Below are positions 17,360-26,076 of a stretch of DNA of 45,329 bases, piece by piece. The notes under the pieces are model-generated. The model had not been told where the DNA came from. It searched no databases and worked only from the letters and a program-made list of their open reading frames with translations. Origin of the DNA: Bdellovibrionota bacterium. GTDB lineage: Bacteria; Bdellovibrionota_C; UBA2361; JBIKWN01. A program made the translations under genes and the position numbers. Within the stretch, counting starts at the first letter, position 1, and the number at the start of each line of letters is the position of its first letter. Location: the NCBI GenBank assembly GCA_044356295.1, contig JBIKWN010000016.1:1-45329 (forward strand), given 5' to 3'.

Positions 17360-18472
17360 TTAGAATCCAGCAGTATCTGAAGAAATAACAATAGATGTAT
17401 CTACATTGACCGCAGATGCCTTCATACCATCATCAACTGCAATAGTGATATCAATCCCATTACTGGACTCTTGAGCTCGAACAAGGGTAAATCCTGCAAC
17501 CTCGTTAGGTGGAAATTGTGGAAGCAGTAATCCTTTATGTGCAAGCTGAACGTCATTAATACTTATTTTATATTTTCTTGTTCCTTCTTTAGACATTCGA
17601 AAAGAAAAACGCTCGGTTAATCGAAGGATTACTTGGTTTGCATTTCCTTGGTGAACAAAATCAATTCCAAGTAATGAAGGAGTGTTTATTTCTGGCGTTG
17701 GAGTATCAATCACAATTTTTTGTTCTAGAGCTTCTGGAGCTGGAGTTGATGATTCGGGTGTTGCTTTAGGAGTTGCCGTTTTTGTAGGTATAGCTGTGAA
17801 AGTTGCTGTTGGTGAACTTGTTAATGTTGCTGTAGCTGTAGCTGTGGGAGTTTGACTAGGGGGTATGGTAGGAATTTTGGTTGGCTTAGTAACAATTGTA
17901 ATAGTTGGACTATGAGTTATCGTTGCAGTAGGTATTTTAGTAGGGATTGCAAAAGTTGGGGACAATACTTCAGATTCAACAGGAACAAGAGAAATAGTAT
18001 CCTTATTCGTCATGTCTGAATTTCTAGAATCTGAAATTGTTATTGATAACTTCTTATCCTGAATTTGATGTTTGATAGAACAGAGCGTTTTTTCTTTCTC
18101 ATTTTCTAAATCTATTACTAATCTAATTTTATCAGGATGATTCCCAATTCTTATTTTTTGTACACAGTTATTTTTAGGAAGAGAAATAATTTTTTCTTTC
18201 TGAATTTTTTTATTGTCCGAAGGCAAATCAATCAGTAGTCGTGGTGGATTTGGAACTTGCTCGGGAGGCTGAAATTCGCCGTCTGACTTAATGATAACAA
18301 TATTAGTCGATAATGAATCGACTGTTAGTGTACCTGTATAGGAACCCAATGGAAGGGAAATATTCGAATCTGCTTTAACAGTTGGAGCTGCAAGCAAGGT
18401 ACAAGAACATAAACTGATAAGGAGCAACTGCTTATTATAGATTATTGCCTTTAGAGGTTCCTGCTTCATCAA
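17360..18472 (-). CDS. Exported AMIN-domain protein (two AMIN-like domains joined by a Thr/Pro-rich linker)
   Basis: Signal peptide, NPPRLLIDLP...VQKIRIGNHPDKIRLVIDL (AMIN), long TPTATATAT linker, second beta-domain. Confidence 0.75.
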   Translation of the reverse strand: MMKQEPLKAIIYNKQLLLISLCSCTLLAAPTVKADSNISLPLGSYTGTLTVDSLSTNIVIIKSDGEFQPPEQVPNPPRLLIDLPSDNKKIQKEKIISLPKNNCVQKIRIGNHPDKIRLVIDLENEKEKTLCSIKHQIQDKKLSITISDSRNSDMTNKDTISLVPVESEVLSPTFAIPTKIPTATITHSPTITIVTKPTKIPTIPPSQTPTATATATLTSSPTATFTAIPTKTATPKATPESSTPAPEALEQKIVIDTPTPEINTPSLLGIDFVHQGNANQVILRLTERFSFRMSKEGTRKYKISINDVQLAHKGLLLPQFPPNEVAGFTLVRAQESSNGIDITIAVDDGMKASAVNVDTSIVISSDTAGF

Positions 18473-18511
18473 GGCATAAGTATCTCTTGAGATGGACTAT
18501 TTTGAACAGTG

Positions 18512-19276
18512 CTAGAAAGAGAATAAATTGTTATAATTATCGTCTTCTTCAGTTGTTTCAACTGCAGCTGCCTGGGCTAGTTCTTTTGCAATAGCTTCAA
18601 ATTTTGGAACACCAGCTTGAATCTGTTTTACCCTTTTTTCAAAAACAACAAGTGCAGCAGGATACTTACTTTTTATTTTATAGGTTTTCTCATCACCATC
18701 TTTGGTTTTAGTTTTTATAATGAGGGCTTTTTGGTTACTATATTCAGATTCTGATTTATTTTCTGAATAAATTCTCACTCGATCGTCTATGAGTTGTGCT
18801 AGTTTAAGTTCAGCTCCCCCTGGCTTTTCAGCAATCATAGTAAATGCATCACCAAAAAGACTTATCCATACTTTTGAAACTGCATTATTAGCGATAATAG
18901 CCTCCATCGCTTCTTGTACATGTTCATTGTCATAGACTTGTTCAATGGTGCCTTTAAAGATCATTGAAGCACTTAAGTCCTTTGCTCTCGCTGAAAATGC
19001 ATATCGACGCGATGCAGACCGAGCAGCCAGGTACTCAAGCAGGGTTCGAGGACGGACTGCGCGCCACTCTTTTCCACAGGCAAACTGAAAAACAAACGGT
19101 GAAATAACAAAACTTGTCCACATCAGTGCCCCAATTTTTAACCCAACCGCCATCGTACAAAGGACGATAATGCCTATAAGCGCGGCAAAAACTCCCTTTG
19201 ATTGAGCGCGAGCAAGAAGTTCAAACTTCTCTTCAGGAGGTACCATCCTCCAAATTTCATTCTCTATACTATCCAT
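18512..19276 (-). CDS. Hypothetical membrane protein (two TM helices plus a soluble domain)
   Basis: 254-aa ORF with an N-terminal hydrophobic hairpin. Confidence 0.7.
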   Translation of the reverse strand: MDSIENEIWRMVPPEEKFELLARAQSKGVFAALIGIIVLCTMAVGLKIGALMWTSFVISPFVFQFACGKEWRAVRPRTLLEYLAARSASRRYAFSARAKDLSASMIFKGTIEQVYDNEHVQEAMEAIIANNAVSKVWISLFGDAFTMIAEKPGGAELKLAQLIDDRVRIYSENKSESEYSNQKALIIKTKTKDGDEKTYKIKSKYPAALVVFEKRVKQIQAGVPKFEAIAKELAQAAAVETTEEDDNYNNLFSF

Positions 19277-19384
19277 GTGGTAAAAATTGCCGACCTGAGG
19301 CAGGTATACAAGCTGTTAGTGATAAATATGCAGTTTTTGTTCCAGTCATGGAAACTTTTGAGATGAATTCGTCGAAGTGACGCT

Positions 19385-20911
19385 ATGTCTAATTATATTA
19401 AAAGCGCCTGTCTTTCAGGGATTCACTCGATACCCGTTACTATTGAAGTTCAGACGCAGAATGGATTACCAAGGTTTTCGTTAATCGGACTTGGTGATAA
19501 TGCAATCAAAGAATCACGTGAGCGTGTGTTAGCAGCACTCTCTTCTATTGAGTGCACGTTACCTGATCAGATTTTAATTAATCTTTCTCCTGCGGAAGAA
19601 AAGAAATCAGGAGCGTCGTTAGATCTTGCTATTGCAATAGCAATAGCGAATGCGTCTGGTTTGTTTGATAGGCAACATATTGATGGAATCGCTTTCATTG
19701 GGGAACTTTCTCTTTCTGGAAAAATTAGACCAATTCGAGGTGCAATTTCTCATGCGATCGAATTATACCGACAAGGTATTAGAAAAATTGTTTGTCCTAT
19801 TTCCAATATAAAAGAAGTGAAACTTTTAAAAGGAATAGAAGTTATAGGATTCTCAGAGCTGAGAACGTGTGTTGAATGGCTTCAAAGGGGAATTGAAGAA
19901 GAGCTATCTCAAAATAGAAACGATGATTATGAAATAAAAAAAGTTAATTCCCACCCATACGAGGATGAAAAAGTTATCTCTTTCGACGAGATAGTGGGGC
20001 AAGAGCATGCAAAAAGAGCATTACTCATAGCTGCGTGTGGAGGGCATCATATTATTTTTTCAGGTCCACCAGGTTGTGGAAAAACAATGCTTGCGCAAGC
20101 CTTTCGAAGGATCCTGCCACCTTTGTCTGAACAAGAAATACTTGAAACAGCTTCACTTCACAGCGTTTCAGGGCTTCCAATAGAAAATATAATTGAGGGG
20201 CATCGCCCATTTCGGTCTCCACATTATAATATTAGTGAAGCTGCACTTATTGGTGGAGGCTCAAAAATTAAACCTGGTGAAGTAAGCCTTTCACATAGAG
20301 GTGTTTTGTTTCTTGATGAGCTCCCAGAATTTCCTCGTAATGTTATTGAAGCATTAAGAATTCCTCTTGAGAACGGTTCTATTTCAGTGAGTCGAGCACT
20401 TGGTACAGCTCATTTACCTGCTCGTTTTACACTGATTGCCGCTATGAATCCTTGCCCTTGCGGAAAAGGCGAGGGGTGCCAATGTTCAGCACTAGAAGTA
20501 CAACGATATGTAAAAAAAATCTCTGAACCGATTTTAGATAGAATCGATATGAGGTTAGTGCTTCGTGCAGTTCCAGTTGAATTGATTATTGAGCACAGTA
20601 TGAAGAAAGGGGTGTACCCCAAAAAAAATCAAAACATTTCATTTTTACAAAATCAGATTGTGAGTACTCGATCTAGGTTACAAACAAAAACTGGAAAACT
20701 TTCATGTCAGTTATCGACTGATGAAATAATGAATCATTTTCCTTTAGAGTCAGATGCTATTGATCTTCTAGAGAAAGTTGCTAAGAAATTTGAAATTAGT
20801 AGCCGTGGAATCAATCGAATATTACGAGTTGCATCAACCATTACAGTGCTTTCGGAAGATGAACAAATAAAAGCCCCCGCAGTTGCGGAGGCTTTGTCGT
20901 TTCGAAATTAA
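19385..20911 (+). CDS. comM: YifB/ComM family Mg-chelatase-like AAA+ ATPase
   Basis: GLPRFSLIGL..AIKESRERV, GELSLSG, Walker A GPPGCGKT, RPFRSPH, PGEVSLSHRGVLFLDELPEF, AAMNPCPCG, LDRID. Confidence 0.93.
   Translation: MSNYIKSACLSGIHSIPVTIEVQTQNGLPRFSLIGLGDNAIKESRERVLAALSSIECTLPDQILINLSPAEEKKSGASLDLAIAIAIANASGLFDRQHIDGIAFIGELSLSGKIRPIRGAISHAIELYRQGIRKIVCPISNIKEVKLLKGIEVIGFSELRTCVEWLQRGIEEELSQNRNDDYEIKKVNSHPYEDEKVISFDEIVGQEHAKRALLIAACGGHHIIFSGPPGCGKTMLAQAFRRILPPLSEQEILETASLHSVSGLPIENIIEGHRPFRSPHYNISEAALIGGGSKIKPGEVSLSHRGVLFLDELPEFPRNVIEALRIPLENGSISVSRALGTAHLPARFTLIAAMNPCPCGKGEGCQCSALEVQRYVKKISEPILDRIDMRLVLRAVPVELIIEHSMKKGVYPKKNQNISFLQNQIVSTRSRLQTKTGKLSCQLSTDEIMNHFPLESDAIDLLEKVAKKFEISSRGINRILRVASTITVLSEDEQIKAPAVAEALSFRN
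20866..20895 (-). terminator. Intrinsic terminator for the 20927-21442 gene, embedded in the comM 3' end
   Basis: The minus strand reads AAAGCCTCCGC-AACT-GCGGGGGCTTTTATTT. Confidence 0.55.
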
Positions 20912-20926
20912 ATATAGTATATAAAA

Positions 20927-21442
20927 TTAACGAAGAATTCGTCCGTCACACAGACCTCTTGATTTAACATTATAACACTTACCAGCATCTGGAATTCGGT
21001 AACAAAGTCCTTTACTGGAAACTCTCCAAAAAATTGCTGGGCTTTTTGTTTTACTTACAGCTTTTCTTCTAATGGAACGGGTATCATTCGGTTTTCTTTC
21101 ACTGCCTTTATAACGAGCGTTACATGTACCACGACCTCTCGCGTCGCAAGACAATCTAATACCAGAAGTTAAGTAGTTTCCATTGCTGTCATAGACATTT
21201 GCAGAGCCTAGTTGCGCAGGATTACCAACGATGAAAATGATTGTTGGGTTTTCTGCAAAGCGAGTAATTGGAGAAGCATTATTTCCGTTCTGAGCGCGAA
21301 TAGGGCTGTTATTTTTATATTGGTTTGGACCAAGTTCTTTTATTGTTGTGCAGACTTTGCTTAATTGGGCTTGGGCAACAGGGGCTGCAAATAGAATCAA
21401 GACTGAAAGTAATAAAATATTTTTTAGATATTTAAATTTCAT
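20927..21442 (-). CDS. Secreted basic Cys-containing hypothetical protein
   Basis: Signal peptide ending AQA-Q, six Cys, Lys/Arg-rich. Confidence 0.7.
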   Translation of the reverse strand: MKFKYLKNILLLSVLILFAAPVAQAQLSKVCTTIKELGPNQYKNNSPIRAQNGNNASPITRFAENPTIIFIVGNPAQLGSANVYDSNGNYLTSGIRLSCDARGRGTCNARYKGSERKPNDTRSIRRKAVSKTKSPAIFWRVSSKGLCYRIPDAGKCYNVKSRGLCDGRILR

Positions 21443-21664
21443 TTATATTTCCTTTTTTTTTTAACTGAATTCAGAAGAATTATACAGGTTTTGATGATCT
21501 ACCAACATGACTTGAAAAGAAAATATTATAATGAAAATTTCTATACTTGAAGAAGGTAAAAACAAATCCTGCTTCTGCGCATTATGAGCTTGTTTTGAGA
21601 GATAGGTCAAAAGGGAATTTTATATTTTTAGAAACACATTTATAAAAGTGACAAAATAGTTATT

Positions 21665-22498
21665 CTATTTTCTACTAGTTTTGGCGCCTTTTGCACCAAT
21701 CACAAACTCAAAAGTTTTTGTTTGAGTGGCACCTGTAAAGTCTATTGTGCTTTCAACGACTATAATTCTATCAGGGAAGATGTCGGTAACGACCCCATTG
21801 TTCGTACCCACTTTGGTGCCTTTAGTAATAGTAAATCCTCTTCCTTCAGTATTTTCTATGATTGCCTTAGGTTCTGTATCAGTTTGAAGGAAAGCAGAAT
21901 ATGAAAGTTTATCGAGGCTATACGATTCAAGTTGAGTTTTACCACTTGATTTACCCCCATCAGAAGATATCTTCATTGGCTTAAACGGGTCTCGCTTGTT
22001 ACTAGGGTCATAGTGCGCCAGGCGCTCATCTGTATCCTTAGTTAAAACTTCAATCAACTGATCCTTATCTGAAGCCGAAAGGGCTGTCTGTGCTTTGTCT
22101 TCTCCCTTAGGTGAATTTTGAAATTTATTATCTATCTTTGGAGCACTGTCGCCTAGAAAATATTTTTTGCCTTCAGTTCGGTATTTAATCTGAGTTCCAT
22201 CAGGGTTGGAAGGAATTGTATCGAGATATTCAGGTATCAAACTTGCTAACTGTGTTGGCGGTATACCGTTGTGTTTATTCATATATGACGAAAGGGCGAT
22301 TTGAACCTTTAAAAGGTCACGTCTCTCATCAGAATTGGCAGAAGATTTCTCGACAGCTTTATTGATTGCTTCGTCAGCGGTTTTTGGAGTTGTATCACGC
22401 GATGAGATTAAAAAGTATGTTGCAATCTGAACAACAAACAATACAACAAGTGCGATAATGAGTTTTTTACGGAGTGATTCAGAGGATTTACGTGCCAT
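21665..22498 (-). CDS. PilP-domain protein with an N-terminal TM helix and a GspG/pseudopilin-like segment
   Basis: C-terminus YDPSNKRDPFKP...LESYSLDKL...AIIENTEGRGFTITKGTKVGTNNGVVTDI is PilP-like. The middle region ALSSYMNKHNGIPPTQLASLIPEYLDTIPSNPDG resembles the T2SS-G core. Confidence 0.7.
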   Translation of the reverse strand: MARKSSESLRKKLIIALVVLFVVQIATYFLISSRDTTPKTADEAINKAVEKSSANSDERRDLLKVQIALSSYMNKHNGIPPTQLASLIPEYLDTIPSNPDGTQIKYRTEGKKYFLGDSAPKIDNKFQNSPKGEDKAQTALSASDKDQLIEVLTKDTDERLAHYDPSNKRDPFKPMKISSDGGKSSGKTQLESYSLDKLSYSAFLQTDTEPKAIIENTEGRGFTITKGTKVGTNNGVVTDIFPDRIIVVESTIDFTGATQTKTFEFVIGAKGAKTSRK

Positions 22499-22575
22499 GA
22501 GATTTCTTAGCTCTTAACCTATCGGGAAGAGGGGGCTGGCGCAAGTGAGAAGGATAAGATCAAAACTGTTCAATA

Positions 22576-22650
22576 TCGGGGTGAGAGGATTTGAACCTCC
22601 GGCCCCTAGTTCCCAAAACTAGTGCTCTAGCCAGGCTGAGCTACACCCCG
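22576..22650 (-). tRNA. tRNA-Pro (anticodon UGG), CCA not encoded
   Basis: Reverse complement CGGGGTGTAGCTCAGCCTGGCTAGAGCA CTAGT-TTTGGGA-ACTAG...GGTTCAAATCC...CACCCCGA folds as a cloverleaf. Confidence 0.95.
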
Positions 22651-22802
22651 ATAAATTTGAACAAATTAGGTCGTAAAGAATACACACTTTCGTTGGTAAG
22701 ATCAAAATAGGAGGGATTATCAAAGAAATCTACAGCTCTATTCACTTTCATCAAAAGAAACCGATGTTTTCATCACTTAAAAACTGATAAAAATAATCCC
22801 CT

Positions 22803-24197
22803 ATGAATAAGTTTACTCTTCGAGATCTTCACCGCGATAAAGTCCCCTTTGGCCCAATCGAATTCTCTGGCTGGATTCGAACTCATCGTCGATCAAAGCA
22901 GGTTGCGTTTATCGACGTTACCGACGGAACCACGGTTCAAGGTTTACAGTTGGTCTTAAATCCCGAATCCTCTGACTTTGCTGCAATTGAATCAAAACTC
23001 TCAACCGGTGCTGCTATAAAAATAGCAGGCAATTTAAAAGAGTCACCAGCTAAAGGACAAAAATTTGAAGTTGATGTTTCTTCGATTGAACTCATCGGCG
23101 AAGCTAATCCTGAAACATATCCACTACAGAAAAAAGGACATACCTTAGAATTCCTTCGCGAACATATGCACCTGCGCCCTCGCTCAAATACCTTTGGTGC
23201 AGTATTTCGTTTGCGATCTGCAGCAGCAATGGCAGTACATCGTTTTTATCAAGACCGCGGATTTTATTACGTACATACTCCAATCATTACAACATCAGAT
23301 TGTGAAGGTGCTGGCGAGATGTTTCGTGTAACGACACTTGATATGAAAAATCCTCCAAAGATAAACGGAGAGATTGATTATTCTCAAGATTTTTTTAAAG
23401 AAGCTGCAGGGCTCACTGTTTCAGGACAACTTGAAGGTGAAATCTATGCTACTGCAATCTCTAATATCTATACCTTTGGTCCTACGTTTAGAGCAGAAAA
23501 TTCAAATACAACGAGGCACCTTTCAGAATTTTGGATGATTGAACCAGAGATGGCTTTCTATGATCTGAACGACAATATGTCATTAGCGGAAGACTTCATA
23601 CGCTATATGATTCGTTATGTTCTTGATGAATGCCCAGAAGAAATGAAGTTTTTCCAAGAACGCGATTGGACAACAAATGATCATGTCGATGTGTTAGAAA
23701 AAGTAGCATCAACAAAATTTGAGCGTATGGATTACTCTGATGCGATAAAAGCATTAGAAAAAAGTGGAAAGAGTTTCGAATTCCCAGTGAAGTGGGGGAT
23801 AGATCTTCAGTCAGAACATGAACGATGGCTTACGGATGAATATATTAAAGGCCCTGTCTTTGTCGTGAACTATCCAAAAGATATCAAAGCTTTCTATATG
23901 CGTTTGAATGAAGATGGAAAAACAGTTCGGGCAATGGATTGCCTTGTACCTCGACTAGGTGAAGTTATTGGTGGATCTCAGCGTGAAGAACGTCTTGATC
24001 AATTACAAACAAGAATGAAACAGATGAATATACCCGAAGAAAATCTTTGGTGGTATTTAGAGCTGCGAAAATTTGGAACAGTACCGCATGCTGGATTTGG
24101 ACTTGGATTTGAACGTTTTCTTATGTATGTGACCGGGATGCAAAATATTCGAGACGTTATTTCATTTCCAAGACATCCTGGATTTGCCAAGTTTTAG
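22803..24197 (+). CDS. asnS: Asparagine--tRNA ligase
   Basis: GWIRT.R, HLRPRSN, SDCEGAGEMF, LTVSGQL, YTFGPTFRAENSNTTRHLSEFWMIEPE, WGIDLQSEHER, GGSQREER, HAGFGLGFER. Confidence 0.98.
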   Translation: MNKFTLRDLHRDKVPFGPIEFSGWIRTHRRSKQVAFIDVTDGTTVQGLQLVLNPESSDFAAIESKLSTGAAIKIAGNLKESPAKGQKFEVDVSSIELIGEANPETYPLQKKGHTLEFLREHMHLRPRSNTFGAVFRLRSAAAMAVHRFYQDRGFYYVHTPIITTSDCEGAGEMFRVTTLDMKNPPKINGEIDYSQDFFKEAAGLTVSGQLEGEIYATAISNIYTFGPTFRAENSNTTRHLSEFWMIEPEMAFYDLNDNMSLAEDFIRYMIRYVLDECPEEMKFFQERDWTTNDHVDVLEKVASTKFERMDYSDAIKALEKSGKSFEFPVKWGIDLQSEHERWLTDEYIKGPVFVVNYPKDIKAFYMRLNEDGKTVRAMDCLVPRLGEVIGGSQREERLDQLQTRMKQMNIPEENLWWYLELRKFGTVPHAGFGLGFERFLMYVTGMQNIRDVISFPRHPGFAKF

Positions 24198-24275
24198 CAG
24201 TCAGTAAATCCAGTCAGAAAAAAGACTTATCTCAAATCATCTCGATACGCATTATACCGCCTTGTATTTCCTTTT

Positions 24276-25895
24276 ATGAAAATTGAAAGACAAATTACTT
24301 TTACGATTAAAGAAAATTCATTGATTGTTGCTGCCATTCTTTTTTTTGCAGGAATAAGTCAATTCATTTGGGTGTTACTCGATAAAAGTGTTTGGCCATT
24401 TGATCCTTCATGGTATGCAGAAGAAACACTCCTCATTTCAATTGCTTCGAGAGCAAGTTTAGATTCATGGTTCTATGAAATGATCAATGCATTCGGCACA
24501 AAAGCACCACTGATTGCTTGGATTGGTCAATTATTCGTTCCGTTTTCTTGGTTGGGAATTCCTATTGAGCAAACGCTGTTGATTGTTCCAATAGGATCGT
24601 GGCTCATATCAAGTTATCTTTTGTATAAGATTGCACGTATTGTCTGGCAACAAAGCAGTCTTGCTCCCATAGCAACTTTATTCGTCTGTATTTCTTCGCC
24701 GGTTGCGCTCGGAATGTCACGTCTCTATTTTGTAGAATCCATGCAACTTCTTCCAATCACAGCATGCATTTACCTTTCGATCTCTAAAAAAACTCGGCTT
24801 GAGCTAGTATTGTGGAGTATTGCAGCAGTATCAATTGCGCTCCTAGCAAAAAATACAACTGTTATGCATATAGTCGTGCCTGGCTTAGTGATTCTATTTA
24901 AATTTTACAAACCATCTTTAGAGCCCCTTGAAGTAAGAAAAATTTTTGTACCTGCATTGACCTCTCTCTTTTGTTTTCTTGGGTGTTTTGGTTGGTATTA
25001 TGTCAATTGGCAGAAGCAGTTTGATTTTATGAAAAGTGCAAGTAGCGGTTCGATAGGACTCTTGTATGGTTCCAAAGCCCCCTTTATTGAAAAACTTGCT
25101 TTTTGGATACCTGAATTTCAAGTCGCATTTTTTATAACACCACTTTTTTATATTTTTTTAGCATTATTTCTTTATATTATTTTCAATTGTTTTTTTCTGA
25201 AAAAGAATTGGACGCAAAGCAGTTTCGTCTTTGGGATTCTAGTATTTATACAAGGCGCTCTTCAGCTTACTCTTTTATCAAATCAAATTGTAGAAGAGCC
25301 CAGGTATCTTTTGACGATGACCCCATATGTTGCGTTACTAATTGGCTTCCTTGTTTCTGAGCTTGATCAAAGAATTGGAAAAGTACTTATAGTATTTTTA
25401 GTAATGCAAAGTGTTATCTGTGTAGGCTATTCTTTTGGTTTTTCAGTACCCTTTACACTCAGTCGGTGGCTTCATCCTGTTGAGTACTCACCCAAAGATC
25501 AAAACCTTTTGAGTTCAGTCATTACCCGCTCATGTCCGCAAGATAAAAAAAATTCCTATCACATCATCGGGCAAGAGATGCCAAGTTTTAATGCTAATTC
25601 AGCTTCATTTTATGGGTTAAAAGAAATGGCACTAAGAAAATCTGACCATCGATGTTTTTATACTTCTTTAGGATACGCAGAAACCGATCCACTTATTGCA
25701 TGGAACCGAATACAAGCAATGAATGCTCAATCAGTGATATTTAGAAATGATTTTCTACCACAACAGATGAGCCCCGCCTTCAATGCAGTTTCGAAAGATA
25801 TTCAGGATCGCCTAGAAAACTCTGCAGAATTTAAATTGATCAAAGAAGACATACCCGTTGAATTAACCTATTTTGAGAGAAATACTAAGCCTTAA
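24276..25895 (+). CDS. Polytopic membrane protein, probable GT-C (ArnT/PMT-like) glycosyltransferase
   Basis: About 11-12 TM helices, acidic first loop WPFDPSWY, KAPL, YFVE, LLAK and EPRYLL motifs, periplasmic C-terminal domain; lies in a glycosyltransferase cluster. Confidence 0.7.
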   Translation: MKIERQITFTIKENSLIVAAILFFAGISQFIWVLLDKSVWPFDPSWYAEETLLISIASRASLDSWFYEMINAFGTKAPLIAWIGQLFVPFSWLGIPIEQTLLIVPIGSWLISSYLLYKIARIVWQQSSLAPIATLFVCISSPVALGMSRLYFVESMQLLPITACIYLSISKKTRLELVLWSIAAVSIALLAKNTTVMHIVVPGLVILFKFYKPSLEPLEVRKIFVPALTSLFCFLGCFGWYYVNWQKQFDFMKSASSGSIGLLYGSKAPFIEKLAFWIPEFQVAFFITPLFYIFLALFLYIIFNCFFLKKNWTQSSFVFGILVFIQGALQLTLLSNQIVEEPRYLLTMTPYVALLIGFLVSELDQRIGKVLIVFLVMQSVICVGYSFGFSVPFTLSRWLHPVEYSPKDQNLLSSVITRSCPQDKKNSYHIIGQEMPSFNANSASFYGLKEMALRKSDHRCFYTSLGYAETDPLIAWNRIQAMNAQSVIFRNDFLPQQMSPAFNAVSKDIQDRLENSAEFKLIKEDIPVELTYFERNTKP

Positions 25896-25912
25896 TAACC
25901 ACCAAGAGACCA

Positions 25913-25970
25913 GTCTCGAGCGACTTGTCTCGAGCGACTTGTCTCGAGCGAAGTCGAGAGGAGTCGAGAG
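25913..25970. repeat. Short tandem/REP-like palindromic repeat (GTCTCGAGCGACTT x2, then GTCTCGAGCGAAGTCGAGAG, GAGTCGAGAG)
   Basis: 14-bp units at 25913, 25927 and 25941. CGACTT/AAGTCG and CTCGAG are self-complementary. GC-rich patch in an AT-rich intergenic region. Confidence 0.75.
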
Positions 25971-26076
25971 AGAGGAGTATTCCATTACAAGCCACTTATA
26001 ATATATAGTACGAACAGTATTTATCCGCTCCAGAGACGCTTCATCAAAATTCGACTTTGATCAAAATACCAGCCTA

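Noticed and set aside
25913..25970. Possible mini-CRISPR
   Set aside because: The units are 14 bp and directly adjacent, with no spacers.
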